A DNA stretch of 64,000 nucleotides from Macrostomum lignano (taxonomy: Eukaryota). The notes beneath the pieces are model-generated. The model ran no database searches. It was not told the DNA's origin and saw only the letters and a list, made by a program, of their open reading frames with translations. Below, piece after piece: positions 12,648 through 30,939 of this stretch (positions are counted from its first letter, which is position 1; each line of letters opens with the position of its first letter). Made by a program: the position numbers and the translations under genes. The DNA is taken from positions 1-64,000 of the forward strand of contig NIVC01000805.1 of assembly GCA_002269645.1 (NCBI GenBank). The letters run 5' to 3'.

Positions 12648-13631
12648 CCTCTGACTTTCTCCCATCTGACTCTACCATTGACTCTAGTTGTCTCTAACAT
12701 TGACTCTACCATTGACTTTGCTTGTCTCTAACATTGACTCTACCTGTCTCTCATCTGACTCTACCATTGACTCTACCTGTCTCCCATCTGACTCTACCAT
12801 TGACTCTAGTTGTCTCTAACATTGACTCTACCATTGACTTTGCTTGTCTCTAACATTGACTCTACCTGTCTCTCATCTGACTCTACCATTGACTCTACCT
12901 GTCTCCCATCTGACTCTACCATTGACTCTAGTTGTCTCTAACATTGACTCTACCATTGACTTTGCTTGTCTCTAACATTGACTCTACCTGTCTCTCATCT
13001 GACTCTACCATTGACTCTACCTGTCTCTCATCTGACTCTACCTAGACTCTAGTTGTCTCTAACATTGACTCTACCATTGACTTTGCTTGTCTCTAACATT
13101 GACTCTACCTGTCTCTCATCTGACTCTACCTAGACTCTAGTTGTCTCTAACATTGACTCTACCATTGACTTTGCTTGTCTCTAACATTGACTCTACCTGT
13201 CTCTCATCTGACTCTACCTAGACTCTAGTTGTCTCTAACATTGACTCTACCATTGACTTTGCTTGTCTCTAACATTGACTCTACCATTGACTTTGCTTGT
13301 CTCTAACATTGACTCTACCTGTCTCCCTTCTTACTCTACCATTGACTCTACCTGTCTCCCTTCTTACTCTACCATTGACTCTACCTGTCTCCCATCTGAC
13401 TCTACCATTGACTCTACCTGTCTCCCATCTGACTCTACCATTAACTCTACCTGTCTCCCATCTGTCTCTACCATTGACTCTACCTGTCTCCCATCTGTCT
13501 CTACCATTGACTCTACCTGTCTCCCATCTGTCTCTACCATTGACTCTACCTGTCTCCCATCTGTCTCTACCATTGACTCTACCTGTCTCCCATCTGTCTC
13601 TACCTGTCCACCTCCCCACCTAGACTCTACT
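12648..13631 (+). repeat. Composite minisatellite with 122-bp higher-order repeat resolving into a 33-bp unit
   Basis: The tgactctacc core recurs throughout. Identical register points at 12663, 12785 and 12907; later unit ctctaccattgactctacctgtctcccatctgt. Confidence 0.95.
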
Positions 13632-13891
13632 AGTCTGTCACGCTTATCTGACTTTCTTAGCATTATGTTTCTGTTTACCCACTATTCTAAAAATATTGGA
13701 TAATGACGCACCAGCCATTCGGACTGATAGCCAAATAAATTCAGATTATTTTTCACACGTTTTTTTCAGCCAACCCCAGCCCTCCTGCTAGACTGCACTC
13801 GCTAGTATGACTGCTTGTTGGTCATAAGGATTTAATTAATAAGGTTTTAATTTAACTAATTAGTAGACTAAACTGAGCATTGCTAAATGCC

Positions 13892-19850
<5,959 letters not shown>

Positions 19851-20094
19851 TATTATCTACAAAATATAGTTTGGTTCTTCGGTGCTTTTCTGATTTCCAA
19901 GTCTTGATAAATTCAAGAGCATAAACTAATAAGTAAAATGATTTTACTGCCTATGGCTTTCCTTGTGTTGTGCTAACGTTTGTGCGTGTTCAATGCTGGT
20001 AGTCAACCGCTTAGCGAGATATTAATTGTATATATTTGCCAAAAGTAACTCATTACCGGTACAAATACTACAAAAAACTATGGTCCTCTAGCAG

Positions 20095-20482
20095 CCTCTC
20101 AGATCCCCCAGATTAAGCTACCAGTCTCCCAGATCCCCCAGATTAAGCTACCAGTCTCCCAGATCCCCAGATTAAGCTCCCAGTCTCCCAGATCCCCCAG
20201 ATTAAGCTACCACCAGTCTCCCAGATCCCCCAGATTAAGCTACCAGTCTCCCAGATCCCCAGATTAAGCTACCAGTCTCCCAGATCCCCCAGATTAACCT
20301 CCCAGTCTCCCAGATCCCCCAGATTAACCTCCCAGTCTCCCAGATCCCCAGATTAAGCTACCAGTCTCCCAGATCCCCAGATTAAGCTACCAGTCTCCCA
20401 GATCCCCAGATTAAGCTCCCAGTCTCCCAGATCCCCAGATTAAGCTCCCAGTCTCCCAGATCCCCAGATTAAGCTACCAGCC
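20095..20482 (+). repeat. 29-30-bp minisatellite downstream of the BTBD10 stop
   Basis: Unit ccagatcccccagattaagctaccagtctc. Confidence 0.96.
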
Positions 20483-21235
20483 TCTCATACAGTAAATCAT
20501 GACCTCTAAGTATACCCTTTATTTAACTTGTCCTTGTTAAGTTTGTCTGATTGCATTCAATTACCACTTAAATTATTTAAGGTTTAGTTAGCTTACTTTA
20601 AGTAGGCAGTTTGGTATGTTATATATAATATTTTAATAAAAATTACCTTTTATGAGTCAGACAAAAGTTTATAATATCAAATATTTCAGTTATTTCAGCT
20701 GTAAAATGCGCCTGTTGTGTGACTTAATGATGACTTTCACTGATCTTTGCTTAGTTTTTTTTCCTTGCCATGTCAAGTCGCTTTCTGTGTATAACAATTA
20801 AATTGTCTGCTTCGTCTAAGATATTGGTATTGTGTATTTGTAATAAAAATTGTTTTGTCGTTACCTTGTGAAACAATTTTTGTATAATAATATTCCTCAA
20901 TTTGGACCATATATGTTTCTGAAGCTGCTTATTGATTATATTTAGTCATATTTAATGATTAAATCTTATTTTTACACATTAAAAAGCTCCTATTTAAGTT
21001 CGCTTATAAAGTTCCTGTGCTACAAGATAAATTATATATAATGTACCATTCTGCATAGTATATTTTTAGCAATATGCTTATTAATCAATTAAGAAATAAT
21101 ATAGCATTTTTCAAGCCAATTGAGCCTAGGAGCAAGAAATTTAATCCTTGGTGGGAAAATCAAGCTATTGAAGACTTGCTTTTCATTGTCTATGGCCCGA
21201 AAGGGGGTCCATGGAGGAACCAATTTGAGAATCTG

Positions 21236-21763
21236 GGGGGTCTTTCTCGAAAGCAACTTACGATCGACCATAGACATAAGTTGGGTAAGCTACACTTACG
21301 GGTTGCTCGAAGGGCTCGCAAGTTAGCTATGCGTAAGATTGATCGCAACTTTACGAGTTCGTAACTTTGCGCAAAAGACTGTTTCTCGAAACGTTCGTAT
21401 GTCTATGGTCTTTCGTAAGGTTGATCTTAACCCTACGACTGCTCGGTATCAGTCGTAAGACGCACTTAAGCACTAATCGCATAGTGCGTGAAGCTTTAGT
21501 CAAGCCAAGTCAAGTTAAACTTTATCGAAGGTGGGTCTTTCTCGAAAGCAACTTACGATAGACTAAGTAAAGATATTTGCAGATTTATGACCATAGACAT
21601 GCAACTTTTCGTTTCAGATACGACTTACGAACAGCGTAAGCCACGCAAAGTCTATAAGTGAGTTTTGAGAAAGCGTCTTACGAGCAAACTTACGCTACAC
21701 GTAAATTTCTTTCTTACGATCTGACTTACCATAGAACTTACGTGAATTTCGAGAAACACCCCC
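21236..21763. mobile_element. PIF/Harbinger-type MITE nested in the left TIR
   Basis: TIRs GGGGGT(C/G)TTTCTCGAAA; flanking CTG duplication at 21233-35 and 21764-66. The uninterrupted site gagaatctgggcgcgc is preserved in the right TIR. Confidence 0.8.
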
Positions 21764-21840
21764 CTGGGCGCGCTATTAATCCTTTCCACAGTTGTGCAAG
21801 CCTTAAGACCAAACAAAAGAACAGATTTCATTAGACAAAC

Positions 21841-22092
21841 ATGGATATGGCAGACGAAGAATTTAGTGAGCAGATCAGTGACGAAAGTTTTGCTACAGCC
21901 CAAGATGCAGTGGATGAGCAGAATCCTGCAGGGCGAGAACCCTATCGCAAGATAAGCAACGAAAAGTACAACCTGATTGTCGCTGCCATCGAGAGAGGTG
22001 ATAGTGCTGAGCACATTTCGCGATGGCTGCACGTAAAGAGAAAAGTTGTGTATTCTATCAGGCGTCGCTATGAAATCACGGGCCTGTTTTGA
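21841..22092 (+). pseudogene. Truncated transposase N-terminal HTH
   Basis: ISNEKYNLIVAAIERGDSAEHISRWLHVKRKVVYSIRRRYEITG fits the IS630/Tc1 paired-like HTH pattern. No DDE domain follows. Confidence 0.65.
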
Positions 22093-24133
22093 TTGGTTTC
22101 TCTGAAATCAAAGTGCTAATGTCAATCGTTTTCTGATATGTTATCTATTTGCAGACGTTATTTCAGTGAAGTTATTCGTGAAAGATGCACGAGCACGGTG
22201 AAAATGATTTATTGCGCGCCCAGATTCTCGAATTGTTTGCTCCACACACCCCCTTCGGGCCATAGACAATGAAAATCAAGTCTTCAATAGCTTGATTTTC
22301 CCACCAAGGATTAATTTGCTTGCTTCTAGGCTCAATTGGCTTGGAAAATGCTATATTTCATAGTATTGACTATATTTTGGGGGCTGAATAAAAGTATCAT
22401 ATCCTTCGTATAAGTAGTATGTGTAAGTTTTAATTCCGTTTTCAAGTAATCAGGAACAAAACGATATTTGTTAAACTATTTTTGGCAAGGCTAGAATTCG
22501 CCCGACAGATAATTTACTGCTTATTAGTTCATTGTGTCTGCTTAATTGTATTTGAAATTTGACCAATTTCAATATAAAACTCTGCTAACTATTCTTATCC
22601 AGTGACCATGTGCTCTCTTTCATTCTGAAATTATTTTTCCTCTCATCGCTTCTTAACCGTTTTTTTTGTTTTTTCCTGTGTCCATTCTTGTCTTTTATTT
22701 TATTTAATAATTATTTTATGAATCTGATAATGCAGGGCATCGTTGATTCTGGTAGATTACTCCTTTTTCGTATAAAAAAGGCTTTTTATTTCTTCAAAGT
22801 TTCGGCCAGTCATATGCTATGATATAGTTTGTTAAGCTTTTTACAGTCACTTTTTTGTGATTTTGCATGTCTGTCTAATATTTTCTATAAATTTGTTATT
22901 ATCGCCCGTCTGCTTTGAAATTCCGTGTTGCCGATTTTATTAATCCGTTAATTATTGTTCGACATAGAATTTTCTATATAAGTCTATTATAGCCAAGATC
23001 AGAGACAAAACCAAATTTCAACGTCTAGAAGGTGAAAAAAGTGATCGTAGCCGTCTAGCCGTCCAGTCTTGAGCACAGGCCATGACCAGACGACTTTTGT
23101 TCTCAACTATGTGAAAAATAACTTGTCTGGGAGTGTGCTTGGATGAAATCGGGTAGGCAATTCTGGTATTCACAACTCGTCTGTGTGCCGAATTCTGCAA
23201 CGCCATGGCTACTCAAAGATGTTAAGATGCAAAGTAGGTGTCTCGTGCGCTGATGACGGAGCACAAGATGATCGAGCGCTGTCGCCAATATCGCTGAATG
23301 ATGAAATATTGTGAAGCGCGCCAACAACCAACTTGTGACAGCGACTGGTTTCATCTATTCACCAAAACATTCTGAAATTTTATCTAACAACAAAATACTC
23401 TTCTATGCTATTTGCTATCTGGGTAAGCAAGAGTCGGGAAACTTTTGCAGCATCCCCGGTATTTTATCCTGTGACGGAACTAATCAGATTACGAGCCTTG
23501 TATCATTTTACGTCTCGAAGATAATTAACTATTTACTATTTTTTTCTTAATTTGTAGACAGGTACTTAAGAATCATATGTGAAATAGTTTGTTCGTTACT
23601 TCTGGTTTTCTTTTTCTGTGTCTACCTGCTTTTTTGTAAATGTTGCTTATTCGCTTATGAAAAGCAGACAATTTTTTTTTAATTATTAACTTGCAACTCG
23701 AAAGAATAAACACACAAATTGCTGCAGTTTTTGATGAAAGCTGTTCATTTCTAACTGCTATTCTCGTGTCTTTGTTACTGTTAGATGCATATTAAATATT
23801 CAAAAGTAAGGGTGACGTTTGTTCTTAATTAAAAGATAAGATGGAGAATTTAGAACTAATTGCTAGTACCTTTATGAAAACGTTTGTGCTCACATGGTAT
23901 GATCTAGCTCGTACTGTAGGAGAGAGCAGAGCAGCGGTAAAAAACGTCCCGAGTCTCGCGCCATCGAAAATTTGCCCAAGGCTTGTGCGATTCACACCCA
24001 TGAGGGCCAACCTGAAAGGCACAGAGTGTGTGCATGCCTTGAAGATTAGAAAGTCAGGGCCATTGTACACCCTGTATGAGCATGTGTGTGTGTGCGTGCC
24101 TGTGTACAGTGTTGGCGCGCTTGCATGTGCTCA

Positions 24134-24668
24134 GGGGGGGGGGGAGTTCACAAACTCGAAATTTCACAACGTCAAAAGCACTTTCTTTCACAAGATCGAA
24201 ATTTCACATCATCGAAAACTTTAGCAAGGGACTTCATAAGGTCGAAATTTCACATCATCGAAAACTTTAGCAAGGGACTTCATAAGGTGGAAATTTCACA
24301 TCATCGAAAACTTTAGCAAGGGACTTCATAAGGTCGAAATTTCACATCATCGAAAACTTTAGCAAGGGACTTCATAAGGTGGAAATTTCACATCATCGAA
24401 AACTTTAGCAAGGGACTTCATAAGGTGGAAATTTCACATCATCGAAAACTTTAGCAAGGGACTTCATAAGGTGGAAATTTCACATCATCGAAAACTTTAG
24501 CAAGGGACTTCATAAAGTCGAAATTTCACAACGTAGAAAACTAACTGCATAGTTCTTGTTATATTAAGTTTTCGACGTTGTGAAATTTCGACCTTATGAA
24601 GTTTCGAGCTTGTGAAATAATGTACTCTTTTCGACGTTGTGAAATTTCGACCTTGTGAAAGCACCCCC
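24134..24668. mobile_element. MITE with G-run termini and internal 46-bp tandem array
   Basis: Ends GGGGG..ttcacaa..tcgaaatttcacaacgtc are inverted. Flanks repeat TCA (or CTCAG). About 7 copies of aggtcgaaatttcacatcatcgaaaactttagcaagggacttcata at 24190-24545. Confidence 0.8.
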
Positions 24669-24830
24669 TCAGGGGTCAGTGGAATGGTCAACACTGGTTG
24701 TGGGATGATGTATGCATTGCACCATGCAGTTTGACCACAGCCCTCTACTGCTTATATGGGGGCAAAGTAGTTTTTCTGTAGCGCGTCTTTATTTCACGTC
24801 AAAGTAGCAAAGTTTGTGCTAGAAAATTGG

Positions 24831-26371
24831 TTAGGGCCTGACGATAAGAAAGTTTGCTAAGAGTGTATTCTTTATTCTACTGGTAGCTGTAGCATTAAGT
24901 AAGTCGCTAGTTCTTTCCGATGGTATATGTACAATTTGAACTGTATATATTTTCATGAACGAGTCAAGCTTCGTCATTTCGTCGTTCAAAATCGACAATA
25001 GCGCACGTCTCGCTGTGGGAAACGGTCCGTTATCTAGATTGAGTCTGTGCACTATTCATCTGCTGCAGGACTCTGAGAGGGCCAAACTGCAGAAAATTGG
25101 GATTGCTTGCAAATTGGAGCATCTTTCGGCTGCTAAGGACAGACAACCATTAATTCTAGAGAGTGAAGTCCTAGGTGTAGAGTTGTAGAAAGTCACTAAG
25201 AAGTTGTCGCGACTTTTTTAGTCGTTTCTTCTATTCACCTTTACTTGTCTCTATTTGCATTTCGACGGGAGGGTGATACACGACTTCATTCTGCGGTAAA
25301 AATGCATTCAGATACTCCTTCAAACAAAACAAAACCTGCGTCTCAAATGTTTTATAGCACTCTGTTGGGTAAGAGGTGCTTGACTGCATCAAAGGTACAG
25401 AATTGGTTTGCTTCTCGAGAGGCCCATCAGTTGGAAACACTTTCTTGAACTGCACTTTTCTGCAGGTCGATGTCGACCGATTGTCACTAGAAGTCGGAAT
25501 ATCCGGCTGCAGCTGAATATCCATCTGAATATTCAAATCAGAGTCATCAGAACTAGATGTAGCTGAATGCAAGAAACTATAGCCTCGGGGAAACAGCCTT
25601 AATACTCTCCGTCCCTGAGGATAGTAGAAATCGCCTTCTTTCGGCTGGGAGTCCAATTCTGCACACAAAAGTTCCAGCACATACTGAACCAGTACAGTCA
25701 ACAAATTTAGCTCCACAATTTGTTACATCTTCGAGCGCAGAACTTGGCAAACAAAAAAATCCTGCCAGAAGTACAGCCGCAGCATAGAGTTCAACCTGCG
25801 TCATGGTAAACGTGCACGTTTCCCAAAACATCTTTTGCCCATTCCATTTAGTGTATAAATGACGCAGATTGGAATAGATATAATTTCAAAAGATGATCCA
25901 GCAATAGATAAGGTTCTTTCAATATAGTCATCTGAACAGCCGAAACTCAGATCACAGCTGTTCAACAGAAATGCTTGTCTATTATGATCACCTGCTGCAT
26001 CCCTTTGCTTCATATTTCCAAAGTCTTGCACCGTTGTACGCCTGATGGGCTGACTATGCAAATCTGCGACTTAGTCGTTTTTTGATAACTTGAATGTTCA
26101 CGGCCTACCAACTGGTGATGACTGCAGTAGAAAACTTGCATAGGCAGCCTCTCCGCTAGCCTTGAGCTTGAGCAGCTGTGATTGGAACTCGACAGCCTCT
26201 TCTCTAGACTTGAGCAACTGTGCTTGGAGCTCGGCAGCAGCGTATGCCTGAGCCTGAGCCTTAGGTAGCGGTGGTTCACGTCCGCACCCAAGGTCTCTTT
26301 CTCTTCGAGCATGAAGGCGAGAAGGGGCACAGAGCGGATGCACGCAATAGATTGAGTCTTCGCAGTAAGAG
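24831..26371 (-). pseudogene. Unidentified decayed coding sequence
   Basis: Strong acceptor tttttacgttgcag at about 26371, a coiled-coil-like segment (AQAYAAAELQAQLLKSREEAVEFQSQLLKLK), then protein-like ORF pieces broken by stops and frameshifts. Confidence 0.35.
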
Positions 26372-26399
26372 ACCTGCAACGTAAAAATTGAACAGTGGA

Positions 26400-26790
26400 A
26401 AGGTACGGAATTGTCCCGCGTCAAAGCGGTGCATAAATCTGTATCGCAGACTTCTAGACTGCGCCCAGACTGACGGATTAGGGTTAGCAATACATTGCAA
26501 ATTATTGATTATTAGCAATACTGACGGCGATGATTTGACCAAAGCGATGAGGCTCGCTGAGTATGTTGAAGCTTGGCTACCAGAGGCTAGCGAACGGATA
26601 ACAGAATTCGAGCGCTCTCGATGCGAGCTTCGTATTAGACAGTCCGCCTGGCTAGCTGATTGTGACAGCGGTTGAGCTAGCGATAAAGGAAGCAGCAACG
26701 ATCTGACATTTCGTTCGGTTGGCGACGTGTCAGCCGGAGTGCAACACTAGCTGTACATTATTGACAGGCTTATGAACGATCTAATTGTTA
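26400..26790 (+). pseudogene. Pseudogene fragment of the TRIM/NHL-like family
   Basis: GDDL..AM..EASERITEFERSRCEL...TFRSVGDVSAGVQH*LYIIDRLMNDL aligns with RSIGDISLGVRHLEYLIDRHMNEV. In-frame stops at 26673 and 26748. Confidence 0.8.
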
Positions 26791-27522
26791 CGGTGTTGGC
26801 TTTTTAACGATAGTTAAGTTCGTAGTATGAACTTGCAGCCTAAGAGGTTGCTAGTGTTAGATTTTCTATGAATTAATTACTGTTGCATTTCTCCGGAGCT
26901 ACTTGGTTATCGCAAAATTTAGCAAATAAGTTTGTTTTTTTGACAAGCATTTTTAACTTTTCGCTAGAATTCTCTAGATTGTTACTTTGTCTTTCTTTAT
27001 AACAGGCAATTCTCAGTTGCTGGTATTAATTTATCTATCAATTATTTTCATCCTCATGCGCCAAGATCGTTGTTTAATTTTGCGTCTCGTTTAATTTTTT
27101 AAACGCTCGCTTTAGTTACTCCCCGACCGTTATACAATTTTGTATGATTATTCATAGCTGTTTATCAAATTTTTTGTTTACGAGATTTTCTTTGCAGCCT
27201 GAAATTATTGCTTTTGTTTGTTTGGTAATCGTTAATCCTTTATTCGTTATTTATTCGTTAATTCTTGTTTAATTTTGCTGCAGTCTAAATTTAATTGTGT
27301 TGCCAGGATCATGTGCTCCTGCTTGATGCGTTTAAATTTATTCATTACCTACAATTTTTTATATCAAATGTTTCTTTTTGGTTCCTTTATTTGTGGATAC
27401 TTAAGAATAAGAGCTGTTCAAATACAGCTGTAATTGATTAGTTCCATTAGCTGCTTTGATTCGAAGTATTAAACTTTAATTTTTTCACCGCTTTCAGCGC
27501 TGACACAGCCCCATTCTCAGAC

Positions 27523-29247
27523 ATGACATCGGAGCATCAAGAAGGCTGCAAATTGCGTTTTTGCGATCAATACTCTGCTGGCACTGGTCCATTATCAGGG
27601 CTGCCTCTGTGTCCAATTCATCTAGACAAAGACATAAAGTTAGTCGATAAAAAGAAGACTAAGCTGATGCAGAAGCTTGACGCTGTGGTAGCTATCGAAC
27701 AAAGGCTCCAGTTGAGGGCCGAGCAGAGTTCTTTAGCAGCCGAGCTGCAGGAGGTCAGCGACGCATTTGACTCGCTGCAAGCGCACTTGCAGCAGTGGCG
27801 AGAGCGGACGATGTCTCGAGTGCAGGCGGCGCACGATTCGGTTGCTGGCAGACTCAGAGACGCAGCTGAGGCGGAAGAATGTTCAAAAGAAGTATCATTA
27901 GCAAGTAACGCTGGAGACTGGAAGTCAGTTGCGAAACTGGTATCCTCGTTGAGAATTTGGGTCGACGAGGCGTGTGAACGCACAGAAAAGTTTGATCAGG
28001 TGCGTTCAGAGATTGTTCGTCTCTTTAACGGGACATCTTTGAACACTAATAGTAGTTCAGAAGAGCCGAGGCACCACAATGAGGAAAATCCTGGTTGTTC
28101 CTCTGTTTTACAAAGTGAAAAAGATACTGACGAGTCGAGTAAAGAGACGATTTGTGACCGACTCAACGTTCGATCGATTGGTGACATATCGCTCGGCGTG
28201 CGGCATTTGGAGTATTTGATAGACAGGCACATGAATGAAGTCAATCAGCTGTTCAGGATCCAACTAGTGGATGCTAATGAGCTTGAGAAGTCTCAGGTGT
28301 GCCGTTCTATTGCGACTATCGATGGCCTTCCTGGACAGCCAGGATATTTGGCAGTTTGCACGAACACTGCTGGATTTATGGTCGATACAAATGGCCGTAT
28401 AATTCGATCTAGCTCGCAGAACAGCGGCTGCTTGCCGTTGCCTGAACCTTGCCTATTCATATCATTCTATGTTCCTGACAATGATGACATTGATGAAGTT
28501 CCTATTGTAGACCACATTTTGGTTGCTAGCCTCGATGATGGTGGCGTGTATCAGATGTATCAGCTTAGGCTTCAATGCGATTTAGATTGGAATGATGGTA
28601 TCTGGAGTCTTCACTGCGACAGTCCTCGTCAGCTTTTATACGTGGCTTTAGAAACATCTGTACTTGTCGCTGATCTTAGCGGCAAGTTGTCGCAGAAAAT
28701 CACTGTTGATGATTTACCCATTCTTTGCGAAGAAGTGTGCTGTATCGATGGTGACGCTGACAAGTTATTCATTCTCACCGAGAAGGCTAGTGTTGCGACT
28801 GTGTGCAAGGAGTCCAGTTTGCCTATTTCCACCATTAGCATTTCCGCTCTGGTGTCAGGAAATCTGTCTTCGATGAGTCTTATTGGACGAAATATTGCTT
28901 TACTTGATTACGAATCGAGAAAGATGTATGTTACAAGCAGCATCAGCGGCCAGTTGCTAAGCTTCTATCCCACTTCGAGAACTCAACCAGAAGAGCTTTG
29001 GTATCCACATGAAGCGGCATGCGATGACAGGGGCCTAGTTTTCCAAAGCGACTCCCGAAATATTGTCCGTGTCCTAGATTTTTCGGGGACAATCGTTCAA
29101 AACTTGGGAAGAAAAAACGAGTCTGGATGTAATGCAGAGACATTTAATGGTCCCGACTGCCTATTGGTAGTGCAACTGGCTTCCGGCAGGCGACTGTTTG
29201 TTTCCGACGTTCAAAATCAGCGTATTCGAGTTTTCGAAATTCTCTAG
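27523..29247 (+). CDS. Zn-motif + coiled-coil + NHL/beta-propeller protein (RING-less TRIM-like), paralog 1, 574 aa
   Basis: Intronless ORF. C-x4-C-x15-C-x2-H, heptad region, C-terminal NHL-like FNGPDCL...LFVSDVQNQRIRVF. Confidence 0.85.
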   Translation: MTSEHQEGCKLRFCDQYSAGTGPLSGLPLCPIHLDKDIKLVDKKKTKLMQKLDAVVAIEQRLQLRAEQSSLAAELQEVSDAFDSLQAHLQQWRERTMSRVQAAHDSVAGRLRDAAEAEECSKEVSLASNAGDWKSVAKLVSSLRIWVDEACERTEKFDQVRSEIVRLFNGTSLNTNSSSEEPRHHNEENPGCSSVLQSEKDTDESSKETICDRLNVRSIGDISLGVRHLEYLIDRHMNEVNQLFRIQLVDANELEKSQVCRSIATIDGLPGQPGYLAVCTNTAGFMVDTNGRIIRSSSQNSGCLPLPEPCLFISFYVPDNDDIDEVPIVDHILVASLDDGGVYQMYQLRLQCDLDWNDGIWSLHCDSPRQLLYVALETSVLVADLSGKLSQKITVDDLPILCEEVCCIDGDADKLFILTEKASVATVCKESSLPISTISISALVSGNLSSMSLIGRNIALLDYESRKMYVTSSISGQLLSFYPTSRTQPEELWYPHEAACDDRGLVFQSDSRNIVRVLDFSGTIVQNLGRKNESGCNAETFNGPDCLLVVQLASGRRLFVSDVQNQRIRVFEIL

Positions 29248-30939
29248 TTGTTTTCTATGTGCAAGCATATTTTAACATTTTCTATATGCAAGCATATTTT
29301 AACATTATGACTTTGCGTTTGCCAATTCGATGACAATTGGTACTATAGCTTATGTTCGATTACATTTTAATATCGAACTATTTAATGCTAGTATTTCTCT
29401 TTGTTTTTCAATATTTCGGCACCCTTCTACGCTGCTTCTATATTGTTGGTGCTTATTTATCGCATTTAAAATCAGGCGTCGCAATAAAAAACTATTTTGG
29501 GTAGACTTTTTGACCAAATCTAGTCTTTCTGGACTTTGCGAAATTAATTTGGCTATATTATTCAACTATTTCCTAAGCGTTTTCATTAAATTTAATGGAA
29601 TTATTATTTATGAAGTGCCATAGTTTTGTCACCTTTGAAATTAAAATTTTCGATCATTCTTCAATTGGTGTATCTTTTTTTTAGTTTTGTTATATTTCAT
29701 ATTTAGGCTGAATAAGAGTACATTATACCCTTTGAAGTGTTTTAATGGCATAAGCACGCACTAACTAAGAGTGCAAAGATAATAACGATTTCGGAAACAA
29801 GGTCAAGGGTCTTAACCTACTAAGCCAGGAATTGGTAAAATTTAGATGTGGCGTGTTAGTTTCCCATTGTTTCCTTTTCCGCCGTAGTCTAACTAATTTA
29901 ATTTTGTTACCTTATTAATAAAAATTTACTTTTGCTTTGTATGCTTGTTTTTCCATGTTTAAAGTGGTTGACGATTCCCCCCGTCTCATTAATTACCAAA
30001 TACATTCAAATGCGCGACTATGATGGTTCTTTTTCACTTTTTGGAGCTAACTAAAGGAACGTAACCAGTGCAGCTTAAACTCATTTGTTCACTTTTTGCT
30101 TTTTAGAAAATTAGAGATTTTTACGAAAGCAGCTAAAATGATTCTGTCAGGCCTGTAAGTGTTTTTTTAGAAGCAACCGTGAGTATAGCTCGTGCTCGTA
30201 CAGCCACAGAAAAGTGCCTCAACTACAGGGTTAGAAACAGCTTGAATTTCGTACAGAATCACCAGGAACTGGCTATATATAGTTTTAGCTATAACTAAAC
30301 GCATTAAACGCATTTTTTTTCTAAGAGCGTAGATCTATATAAGCTCGTTTAAGTAATCTTTGATCCAGTGACATATTTCGTCCATGGTTTTTGTCTCTTT
30401 ACTTTTTTTTAAAAACCACCGAGTTTTATCGTTGGCTATGAGGTACTATAGACTGTATGCATATCGTACTGATGCAGATATATTTTTTAGTGGTAGGTAT
30501 CATTTATTTGCACTTGTACTAATGGAGGATTCACCCTAGACATCTGCATAACTAATATTAACTTTAACTTTCGCTGCGGTTAATCAACACGTCACTCAAG
30601 AAGTATTACTTTCTGTCTGTCTTTCTTTCCTATCTGAATTGAACATTTTAGTTAGGACATGAAATGCTCTAAAACGATTATTGATTTGTCAATCTATATG
30701 TTCTTCTCAATTTATAGTATGGGAAAGAAAATGCCGTTATATCGCTAATGCCACATCACACTCAATCAAAAAACTCAGCCAGATGGTAAACCATGCTATT
30801 CCTTCATTCATTTTTACATAGATAGTGACAGCTAAGTGTACCTGCACTTATTGAATAATTTCGTTGGATCTTATGCTACCATTGCCCTAATGTCCGGAAT
30901 TCTATCACTTTCTGAGCAAGTATAACCAACTCGTAAAAC

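Larger units (their letters stand above)
21098..22358 (+). mobile_element. Internally deleted IS630/Tc1/mariner-like DNA transposon with long TIRs
   Basis: 21098-21208 is the near-perfect reverse complement of 22248-22358, and the match extends further once the nested MITE is removed. Internal HTH ORF. Outer ends and TSD not resolved. Confidence 0.75.

Noticed and set aside
21074-21561. Short ORFs across the transposon TIR and MITE
   Set aside because: Lie in inverted-repeat DNA with no domain signature.
24190-24545. CRISPR-like appearance of this and other regular arrays
   Set aside because: No unique spacers, no cas genes, eukaryotic context.
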